DNA of 64,000 nucleotides from positions 912,243 through 976,242 of the forward strand of contig CAWHVX010000006.1 of the NCBI GenBank assembly GCA_963832975.1, in the 5' to 3' direction. Within the stretch, counting starts at the first letter, position 1. The number at the start of each line of letters is the position of its first letter. Under the pieces are notes generated by a model. The model worked only from the letters and a program-made list of their open reading frames with translations. It did not search any database and was not told where the DNA came from. The stretch is from an uncultured Acidobacteriota bacterium (GTDB taxonomy: Bacteria; Acidobacteriota; Terriglobia; Acidiferrales; UBA7541). Shown piece by piece: positions 26,631-35,317 of this stretch. The position numbers and the translations under genes are program-made.

Positions 26631-29600
26631 CTAATTCACTGTGAGCGGGAGCTGGATTGTTCGGCTTACGGTGGTCGACGATACGGTCACCGTTGCGGTG
26701 ACCGTGATTGTGTACGTTCCGAGCGGCGTGCCTGGGTCCGCGGCTGGCGGATCGCTGCTGCCGCCTCCGCACGCGGCGAGGCCTGCGGCGAGCACCAGAA
26801 GGAGTGCGCCGGCCTGCACGGCTTGGACGAAGCCCGGCCTGTGTTTTTTCGCCCGTGAAGCCGCGATCAGGATCGCGATGGCCGCCAAGATTGTGGCGAG
26901 CGCCAGAGAATTCGGTGGAGCGGCGCTGGGCGGCTGCTTGCGCGGAACGTAGCTCGTCGACGTGGGCGTTGGCGCGGTGGTTGTGACGTTCACGGTGAAC
27001 GAGCCGGCCGCCGTTGGAGTGACGTTCACGGTTGAGGCCGACAGCGCACACGCTGGCGCATCCGTCGCCAGTGTCGGCGCAGGCGCGTCTACCGGCGCAA
27101 CCGAACAGGAGGCGAGGGCGACGCTGCCGGTGAATCCCGCCGACGAGTTTACCTGCAGGTTGTAGGTCGCGGTCTCACCCGGCGTGATGGGCGCGCTTGC
27201 TGCCTGGCCTGACGGAGCGCTGAAGCAGAAATCCTCGGCCGTGCCCGTGAGCGCGACGCTTTGCGGGCTGCCCGGCGCGTTGTCGCTGAGCGACAGCGTG
27301 GCGTTTCTTGTGGATTCCGTGCCGCAGGTGGACGCTTGCAGCGGCCGAAATGCGATTTGAACCGTGCACGTGCCGCCGGGCGAAGTGCTGGCGGACGAGC
27401 AGGTGTTGCTTGCGATGTCGAAGTCGCTGCTGCTCGGGCCTTTCACGCTCACACCGGTGAATGTGAGCGGTCCCGCATTTGATCCGGTGGCGCTGTTTGT
27501 GATTGTGATCGGCTGCGGCGCTCCCGCGCTCTGCGCGAGCTGGCTGCCGAAGTTGACGCTGGACACGACCGAAACCGAGGCGGACAGAGCTACGGAGGCG
27601 CTTCCAGTGAGGGGCACGACGAGTTCTTGCTCCGGGCTGCCGTTGAAGTGATACGAGAACGTCGATTTCAGACTGAAATGAGCCTGCCGACTGCGGCACG
27701 AAAACGGCGCTCACGCTGCATCTGCTGGTGGGATTCATCTGTGCGCCGACCATGCAAGCGTTGCCGCCCGCTGCGAGCTGGAACTGGCCGGGATTCGCGC
27801 CGCCAAGCGAAGGCGCAGCGTCGATCGTCATGGTCTGCTTCACGGGGCTGACCACCGTGAACGTGACTTGCTGCGGATCGCTCGGGGCGCCCACTGCTTG
27901 CGCGGGAAAACTCACACTCACGGGCGAAGCCGCTAATCCCGGCGCAACGCCGAGCAGTTCGAATTCCTGCGGGCTGCCGGGCGCGTTGTCCGTTACGCGC
28001 ACCACCGCCGTCTCATAGGCGGCTCCCGACGGAGAGAAATCAACGGAGAAAGGGCACGATCCGCCCGGGTTGAGAGGCTGCGACGTGCATGCCAATTGGC
28101 CCGAGAGCGAGAAGTCCGCGCTATTGGGGCCGGCGAGCGTGACCGTGGTGATATCGAGAGGTGATTCGCCCGTGTTCGTGAGGCCGAGGTATTGCGTTTC
28201 CGAGCTGAAAAAATTCAAGCGCGGCAGACTGAAGCTTACCGCAGGCGCGAGCGTTGAATTTTCCTGTAGTTCGGCGAGGAAGGCGTCCGTTGCCGGCGGC
28301 GAAACCAAGCAACTCGAGCAGACAGGCTGGCTGCCATTGAGCGAGCCGCCGCTCGATGTGATGGCAGTGGGAAAATCGGGCGAGGTGGTGGCGCCCGCCA
28401 GATAGACGAGATTTGCGGCACCCGTTGAATTCACCGCGACCGCATTTCCGGCGGCGCCTCCGCTTTGGCTTGCGGAAGACGTGCCGCCGAGCGGCGTGGC
28501 GTACGCGAGCGACGCCGCGCCGGCGGACGTGGGGTCAAACTTTGCGACGAAGGCGACCTGCTGGCCGTTGAACGGCTGAATGTTGTCGTGCCATGGAAAA
28601 TCCCACGACGTAGTGGTGCCGCCGACGTAGACCTCGTTGGACGCGATGACTGAGATACTCTGCCCAGCGTCGGCGGCCGATCCGCCGATGTAGGTGGAAT
28701 AGAGCAGCGAGGTTTGTCCTGTGGCACTTTGGCCGACGACCACGAGGAAGGCGTTCGCGGCCGCGTTTGGGTTGAGGCTCGTGCTGAACCCGGCCAACAG
28801 GCTTTCCGTGGGGAAATCGGTCGAGTCCGTTGCGCCGGTGATGTACGCGCTGGGATTCGAGTTCGAGTCGAGCGCTACCGCGAGCGCCTGATCGGTGCCG
28901 CTGCCACCAAGCAGCGTCGCGTAGACCAGATCGACGGTGCCTTGGGACTGCGGCGAGATCTTCATCAGGAAGGCATCCGACGTGCCTCCCCCGTACGCGG
29001 TTTGAAACGCGTTTGTGTATGGAAAGGCGGTCGTGGCGTTTTGCGCGCCTCCGGCGATGTAGGCGCTGCCGGTGGGATCCACGGCGATGCCGCCGACGGT
29101 GACTAACGCGAGCGCGTTGGTGCCGAGATACGAGCAGTATTTCAGGGTCGCCGCGGCGCCGGGTTGCGCCGGGGGCGTGAAGATGGCGAGAAAGCCGTCG
29201 CTCTCATCGCCGTCCCACGTGGCCGAGTACGCGCCGGTTGTGACGGGCAGGTCGGCGGAGGTTGCGTCGAGCGACGTGGTGTTCGTATCGGACGCGATGT
29301 AGACATCGCCGGAGGAATCGAGCGCGATCGCACCGGTTCCGTTTTGCGATTCCGCGCCGCTGCCGCCGAAGAGCGTCGAGAAGACGAGCGTGCTGCCCGA
29401 AGGGCCGATTTCGCTGACGGCCACGTCGTTGCCGATGCCGCTGGTGAGCGCGTTTGTTGGCAGCGTCGAATCGGTGACCGGGAAATCCGGAGATGTGGTG
29501 GCGCCGGTGATTGCGACGCTGCCGCTGCTGGTGACGGCGATCAGGCCGCCGGCCTGGGTCTGGCTGCCGCCGAGGAACGTGAGATAGACGAGCGAGTTTG

Positions 29601-30687
29601 CGCCGGTGATGGTCGGATCGATCTTGGCGACGAAGAATTCGGATGCGCCGCCGCCGGGACCAAGGGTGTGAAACGTACCCGGGAACGTGCCGGGCGAAGT
29701 GGTGGTGCCGGCGACGTACACTTTGCCCGCGCCATCGAGCGCGACGCTTGCCGCTACGTCCGCGCCGTTGCCCCCGAGGAATGTGGCGTAGGCAACGGAG
29801 AGCGATGGATCGATGATCAGCGCGGCGTGAGGATCGTGCGGGCCGATGCGAAAGCCGAGTGAGCCGTCCGCTTCGAGGATGTAGGCGCCAGCGATCTGGC
29901 GCTTGCGAGCGGCATTTGCGCCGGCGGACTGTGCTAGCTCTTGAAACACGACGGGCTTTTTCATGCGGAGCTCGCCCTCGCCGGCTTTCAGGAGAATGTC
30001 GCCGTTCGGTGCGAGGCGTCTAGCGTCCGCGCCGGAGATTTTGAAACGCAGCGCCGAGAGATCGGCGCCCGGGGCGACGCGAAGGTCGTATTCGACGCCT
30101 TCGTCGTTGCCATAGAGGACGATGCCCACGCCCGGGGCCGCGTTTCTCGCGCCGACTTCGGCGAAATGCGGGACGTGGGTGTGCCAGCGGCGCGGATTGT
30201 TGCCGAGGATGTAGTTGGTTTCGCCGCGAAGCTTTTCGCGGCCCTGCCATGCGAGGCCGGGTGCGCCGGCGAGGCGCATGGTTATCGTGCGCGGACGGCG
30301 CGAGGTTCGAGTGCGCGCGGCGAACGATGTTGCGGCCATCTGCACCACGATTTCGCGGCTTTCGAGAAATACTGTCAATCCCTTGCCGCGGCCAATGAAT
30401 GCGACGCGGGAATCCGCCTGGCCGAGGTTGGGCTCGAAGGCAAAGGGCAACGACAAGGGGGACTGGCGGGCGAGATTTGCGGCGCCCTTGCCCGCGGCCG
30501 GGAAAGCGTCACGGCCGGGCGCACTTCGGGCGGCGAAGTCGCGAGCCGGCGTTCTCGCGACCAATTTTGCGGATGCGCGCAGCGTTGCAGAGCGATAGGC
30601 GGAAATCTTTCGTGCGAAGAGGAGACTCCCGGCGAGCGCCAGAAGACAGACGGCGAGAACGCACAGCCACGGCAATTTCCTGCTCAT
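26631..30687 (-). CDS. very large exported SBBP (beta-propeller) repeat / Ig-like repeat protein, frame broken once near 27660-27680
   Basis: Signal-anchor MSRKLPWLCVLAVCLLALAG. Many ..VYVAGTTTSPDFP.. SBBP-type repeats, then Ig-like repeats (..TDNAPGSPQ..LTGT..). The conserved repeat continues from ORF 27175-30687 (..SAGSFQS) into ORF 26631-27617 (STFSYHFNGSPEQELVVPLTGSAS..). The last ~170 aa of the track ORF are Arg/His-rich out-of-frame text. Confidence 0.75.
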
Positions 30688-30865
30688 TTAGGCCCTCCTC
30701 CGGAAACGGCGGCGTTTCCGGGTTGGGCGGCTCAAGTACAGCCGAGCCGACTGCGATTAGTAGTGGTGAGGCAATTCCCTACAAAGGGAACGCGTGAACT
30801 ATCGCGCTAAATGGCTCCGCAAGTCAATCCGTGTTATTTCGGTGTGGGCGCGGGCAAAGAGCAGC

Positions 30866-31015
30866 CCGGGGCTAAAGCCCATTTTGTTGCGTGGGCTTTT
30901 CGAGGGCCTGAAGGCCCACGCTTCCACCGTTTTTGCGCTTCGCGCCTTCGCTCAAGCGAAGAATGCGCTAAGCGCCAGGCCAGTCGAACAATGTTATTTC
31001 GACCTGACAAGCGCC
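30866..31015 (+). repeat. 150-bp multi-hairpin repeat, copy A
   Basis: About 90 percent identical by eye to 31910-32057, same orientation. Modules: GGGGCTAAAGCCC, GGGCCTGAAGGCCC-ACGCTTCC, CTTCGCTCAAGCGAAG, GCGCTAAGCGC. Confidence 0.85.
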
Positions 31016-31770
31016 GCGGATTGGATTGGGACCTTGTGGATGCTTTGGACGACGCGGTTAATTTCAGGCTGAGAGATCTCGGGGGTGCTGCCATCGATCT
31101 TCTGAATGAACATCAGATCGATGCCGCCGTCGCTCGAGTAGAGCTCGTCGGTGACTCTGAATGGTCGGGCCTGCGGGTTCTCGAATTGGAATCCGCGAAA
31201 ATCCGGCGTCTGAATAGAGAAGATGCCCGATTCAGCTTTGGGCATGGAAATGCCCTTAAAGAGAAGCAACATCTGACCGGCGACTGCCTCTCGCTGCGAA
31301 ATGAACGGCGTAATCCGCGAGGGAGTGGTTCCGAGCATTTCCTTGTAGAAGCCGTAGTCGGATTCGGAAGCTTCGTCGCCGTAGATGAGCCGAAAGTGCT
31401 GCGGGTCAAGCTTGCTTTCCTTCATGATTAGATTCACGAAGTTCTTCGGCGGGAAGGTCGAGAACCAAAACGCATTGCCGGATCGAAAGGCGGTCAGGCG
31501 GATCGAGCCACCGGTTTTGCTTTTCGCTTCGTCCACATCGTCCCAAGGCAATTCGAGTTCGTAGCCAAAATACGAAATCTTGGTGTGGGGCGTGGCGGAA
31601 ACCGATGTATCCGAAAGCGGTATCGGCGTCTTCTCAATGTCAGGCAATTTGCGAGCCCAGTCTCGGACGAGAAACGCAGAAAAGGTCTGCGGACCGAAGA
31701 AATAGAGATACGCGACAGCCGCGAGGGAAAGAGAGCCTAGAACTATGAGAACGCGCGCCCATTTGGGCAT
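30994..31770 (-). CDS. hypothetical membrane-anchored protein (258 aa)
   Basis: GGGAGGG RBS. N-terminal TM VLIVLGSLSLAAVAYLYFF. AT-richer. Preferred over antisense ORF 30811-31431, which starts inside a repeat. Confidence 0.6.
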   Translation of the reverse strand: MPKWARVLIVLGSLSLAAVAYLYFFGPQTFSAFLVRDWARKLPDIEKTPIPLSDTSVSATPHTKISYFGYELELPWDDVDEAKSKTGGSIRLTAFRSGNAFWFSTFPPKNFVNLIMKESKLDPQHFRLIYGDEASESDYGFYKEMLGTTPSRITPFISQREAVAGQMLLLFKGISMPKAESGIFSIQTPDFRGFQFENPQARPFRVTDELYSSDGGIDLMFIQKIDGSTPEISQPEINRVVQSIHKVPIQSAALVRSK

Positions 31771-31798
31771 TGGTTTTCCCTCCCGGGGGTAATCTCGT

Positions 31799-31847
31799 GA
31801 TTGTTTTAAGGCATGGTGGCGCGCGGAGGAAGAGTACGAAAGGGCAG
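31799..31847 (-). promoter_or_regulatory. bipartite upstream element CTGCCCTTTCGTACTCTTCCTC-16nt-TTAAAACAATC
   Basis: Same element, spacing and distance to ATG as at 37043-37090. Confidence 0.5.
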
Positions 31848-31909
31848 GTTCCTTGGCAGATTAGGCACGGCAGGGCAGGCGAGGTCTACCCCCATAAAAG
31901 ACGGAGGAT

Positions 31910-32057
31910 CCGGGGCTAAAGCCCATTTCGTTGCGTGGGCTTTTCGAGGGCCTGAAGGCCGGCGCTTCCACCGTTTTGCGCTTCGCGTCTTCGCTCAAGC
32001 GAAGAATGCGCTAAGCGCTCGGCCAGTCGAGCGATTTCGTTCGACCTGACGAGCGCC
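31910..32057 (+). repeat. 150-bp multi-hairpin repeat, copy B
   Basis: Direct repeat of 30866-31015. Confidence 0.85.
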
Positions 32058-32125
32058 CCAGGCACCTCGGAGCGGACAGGGTCTACACCCCTTCAAAGCA
32101 AATTAGCACGTGCTTTTGCCACGCC

Positions 32126-32692
32126 TCAACGGCTCGCCGGCGGAACGATGCCGTTCATGCGCAGGTATTCGACCATCTGACCGTAGTGATTGCTCGAGTG
32201 CGCGACCACGTCCACGGCCAGCTGAAGGCGCGTCTTCTGCTTGGGGCTTGGGTAGGCCTTCAATTGTTCGAGCATGTTTTGCTGGTTGATTGCAGCCATC
32301 GCGCGATGCAGGGCCGCGAATGAGCCTTTGAGGTAGTCCATGATCTGGGCTTTGGATTGGACTGCGTCTGGCCCGGTCTCGGACTTCTGATCGGGCGTGG
32401 GAGTCTGATTCAGGATGTAGGTGGCCATGCGGTAATTGTTGGCGGCGAGGTGCTTGATCTGCTGGGCGAAGGTGCGGACGCCAGTGAACTCGCCAGCGGT
32501 TGGCGCGAAGGAGTATTTCTCCTCGGGCATGGCGTCGGCCGCGGGAACGACCTCGTTTTCGGTGTTGGTGATCCAGAAATCAAGAGCCTGGCTGACCGTG
32601 TGGATCGGCGCCGGCTGGCTTTCTTGTGCGCGGGCCGCGCCGCAAGCGGTGAGCAGAACCGCGACCGCCAAGACATAGTGGAATGGTTTCAT
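32126..32692 (-). CDS. DinB-family protein with lipoprotein signal peptide
   Basis: AAGGAGGA RBS. MKPFHYVLAVAVLLTACGA lipobox. DinB-like HLAANNY...VVAHSSNHYGQMVEYLR. Confidence 0.7.
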   Translation of the reverse strand: MKPFHYVLAVAVLLTACGAARAQESQPAPIHTVSQALDFWITNTENEVVPAADAMPEEKYSFAPTAGEFTGVRTFAQQIKHLAANNYRMATYILNQTPTPDQKSETGPDAVQSKAQIMDYLKGSFAALHRAMAAINQQNMLEQLKAYPSPKQKTRLQLAVDVVAHSSNHYGQMVEYLRMNGIVPPASR

Positions 32693-32739
32693 AAATCCTC
32701 CTTGGGCCCGCATTGCCGTGCAGAAGCGGGACGACTGAA

Positions 32740-32770
32740 ACCGTACAACTTCAAGTTGACTTTAAGTCAA
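32740..32770 (-). promoter_or_regulatory. MerR-type promoter: TTGACT-19nt-TACGGT with dyad TTGACTTtAAGTCAA
   Basis: Dyad at 32756-32770. On the minus strand, -35 is at 32765-32770, the spacer is 19 nt, and -10 is at 32740-32745. Drives the DinB-like lipoprotein gene, divergent from merR-family gene. Confidence 0.5.
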
Positions 32771-32830
32771 GGAGTATCAGAACCGAACTTCGATATGGCC
32801 GGCGGCCTGGCACTGGCTTAGAATGCCGGC

Positions 32831-33289
32831 ATGCCTCCACTGCACATTTCCGAAGTGGCGCGGCAGGTCGGGCTCCGGCCGTCCGCGATTCGCTATTACG
32901 AGCAGATTGGGCTGCTTCCGCCCGCGCAACGCGTGAGTACACAACGACGTTACGACGCGACGGCGCTCTACCGGCTGGCCATCATTCAGCGCGCGCGGCA
33001 GCTTGGTTTTACGCTGGACGAAATCAGGCAACTGTTTTTCGGCTTTGGCAATGCGACGCGGGCGTCGGAGCGCTGGCAAAGGCTGTCGCGGCGAAAGCTG
33101 GCGGAGCTGGACAGCTTGATGGACGGCATCAAGGAAGTGCGGCGTTTACTGAAAAGGATGATGCGGAAGTGCCGGTGCGAAACGCTGGATCAGTGCGGCA
33201 AGGGCATATTTCGCAACGCTTGCGGGGAGGGTACGACTCTCATGCGAATCGCGACGCGGCAAAAGCCTCACCCCGGGAAAGCGGGGTGA
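32831..33289 (+). CDS. MerR-family transcriptional regulator with Cys-rich C-terminus
   Basis: HISEVARQVGLRPSAIRYYEQIGLL HTH, coiled-coil, C-terminal KCRCETLDQCGKGIFRNAC. TAGAAT (32819-32824) lies 6 nt before the ATG. Confidence 0.85.
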   Translation: MPPLHISEVARQVGLRPSAIRYYEQIGLLPPAQRVSTQRRYDATALYRLAIIQRARQLGFTLDEIRQLFFGFGNATRASERWQRLSRRKLAELDSLMDGIKEVRRLLKRMMRKCRCETLDQCGKGIFRNACGEGTTLMRIATRQKPHPGKAG

Positions 33290-33471
33290 GCTACATAAAT
33301 TCAAAAGCAAACCCGCGGAGGTGGCCATTTGCACGATCAGGAGCGAGCCGCTACGAAGGCGAAGGCCGAGGCGCCGATGGAACCGTGCCGCGCGACGTAC
33401 CATTCGCGTGAAAAGTCGACGCCTGGGGCGGCGGATTGGAGTAGGATGCGGTAAGAAGGGGGGACAACAAA

Positions 33472-35248
33472 ATGGATAGACGAAAAGTATTGAGATTTCT
33501 GGGGATCAGCCCGGCGGTATTGGCGGGATTCCCTGCTAGCGCTGAGAAGAGTCGGGCCCGGGGTGGCGTCATCTGACGGAAACGCGGGCGATCTGATTAC
33601 CGTAATGAACCCTGCGATTGCCGGGAAGTTGGCGGAACGGGTGCCGCTGGTGGCGCCGCTCGATACGCTGAACGCCAAGTCGATCTACATGGTCAACCTT
33701 TCGTGGGAGGGGCCGGATGCGGCGAACTACTTCTACGAAGCGATGACGGAGTGGTTGCAGAAGCACTACACCGGCGTCACAACGAAGGTGAAGGTTACGG
33801 CGGAGGGGATGTTCGGCGCCGATCCCGGGCTACTGAAGGACATCACGGCCAGCAAGGCCGATGCTGCGATTGTGGGCGTCGCTGGTTGAAACGGCTGCTG
33901 CGCGGCCGTGAGCCGCTGGGCGAAACAGATTGAGATGGTTTGCAAGATTCCCGCCATTGGTATTGCCTCCTCAAACATCGTGCATTACGCAACCGGGTAC
34001 GTGGCCAAATATCAGACGGGCATGCCGATCCGGTATGTGTCGGTGCCATTTCCTTTCACAGGGCAACCACGCGCGGTGGACGTGGGATATGTGACGGGCA
34101 AGGACATGCTGAGCGGGCGGCCGTTGATGACCGCCGTGATTGGTGCACTGACCGATCCTCTGACAGCCGAAGAAAAGATCTCGGGCGCACCGCCCGAGGA
34201 ATCGATGGAGCCGAGGCTGCTTCCGCCCGCCACCGAAGACAACCTGCGCGTGATGTTCGACGAGAAGGAATGGACCGATTTCAACACGATCATCCTTCCA
34301 ACCGAAAAGCGCGTCACTGAGATGCTCAAGGGGACGAGCCACAAGCCGGATGAGGTGATCAAGACGATCAACATCACCGGCGGGGCGCGGCCACTGACCG
34401 TCGAGAAAGTGGCGGTGAGCGCCGTGATGGCCGGGGCATCGCCGGAGCATTTTCCGGTAATCCTCGCGCTCGCGACGCAGGCGCCTTTCGGCAACTCGAC
34501 CAGTTCGATGGCGAATATGGTCATCGTGAGCGGGCCGATCCGCGACAAGCTGAAGTTCAATTGCGGGACCAACGCGATGGGGCCGTACAACCGGTCGAAT
34601 GCGGTGGTCGGACGCGCCTTCACGATCATGTCGAAGACGGCGGGCGACCTGCGCAACAACGTGAACGCCTGGGAAACGCTGGGCAACACGGCGCAGTACA
34701 ACAATATGTGCTATGGCGAGAATGAGGCGTCACTGCCGGAGGGATGGCAGCCGCTGCACGCGCAGATGGGCTTCAAGCCGACCGAGAACGTCCTGACGGT
34801 GGGGACCGGCTGGAGCGCCATCGCGAGCGTGGGAGCGAGCCAGAGCATCTATCCGACCCACTACCTGATGCGCGATTACATGAGCTCGTTCTGCGCATCG
34901 GGATCGTCGGCGACCGTCGTGATCGACCCAACCGTGGCCGGGCTGCTCAAGGACACGCACGGGTTCCAGACGAAGGAACAGCTGAGCGAGTGGTTCTCGC
35001 AGAACATCCAGAAGACCGCCGGGTCGTATTGGGGCAACGGCGTGATTCAGAGCACGGCTGTGCCGCTGGCTCTGCAAGGCCTCGAGCCTTACGCAAGCTG
35101 GAGGAAACTGCCGGATGACGCGCTGATCAAGCCGTTCACCAACCCGCGGGCGATCCATGTGATCGTGGCCGGCGGAGGAGTGCAGACCATGTGGTTCGTC
35201 ACGGACTACGGCATACGCCGGGGCGTGAAGATCGACGAATGGATGTAA
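33472..35248 (+). CDS. candidate Tat-exported selenoprotein: UGSC-like domain (in-frame TGA 33887-33889 read as Sec) fused to an uncharacterised ~350-aa domain; 1-nt frame offset near 33545-33575
   Basis: Tat signal MDRRKVLRFLGISPAVLAGFPASA (frame 1, stops at 33576). The body starts in frame 2 (ORF 33563-33889), and the same frame resumes at 33908-35248. Junction is ..IVGVAG-TGA-NGCCAAVSRWAKQIEMVCKIPAIG... A hairpin lies 13 nt after the TGA. There is no RBS before GTG 33908. Confidence 0.5.
33897..33922 (+). other. SECIS-like stem-loop downstream of TGA 33887
   Basis: GCGGC (33902-33906) / GCCGC (33912-33916) with loop CGUGA. Outer wobble and bulged pairs are possible. Confidence 0.35.
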
Positions 35249-35317
35249 AATAGAGGTTGGTCGGCGGTGTGCACGGGGCGCAGGCGCGCTCCGTGCTTGC
35301 ACCGCGAAGGAGCGGAG

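Noticed and set aside
27175-27660. C-terminal ~170 residues of track ORF 27175-30687 (RQPGARTRRAPHWKRLRSS...).
   Set aside because: Arg/His-rich out-of-frame text. The Ig-like repeat pattern continues in the frame of ORF 26631-27617 instead.
30811-32049. Plus-strand ORFs 30811-31431 and 31813-32049, both containing GAKAHFVAWAFRGPEG.
   Set aside because: The shared peptide is simply the translation of the 150-bp repeat. ORF 30811-31431 is antisense to the better-supported gene 30994-31770.
33908-35248. Treating ORF 33908-35248 as an independent gene starting at GTG 33908, with 33563-33889 as a separate 108-aa protein.
   Set aside because: Same frame, only 18 nt apart, no RBS, and the break falls inside a UxxC motif within an apparent single domain. 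It is kept as the explicit alternative hypothesis in the selenoprotein finding.
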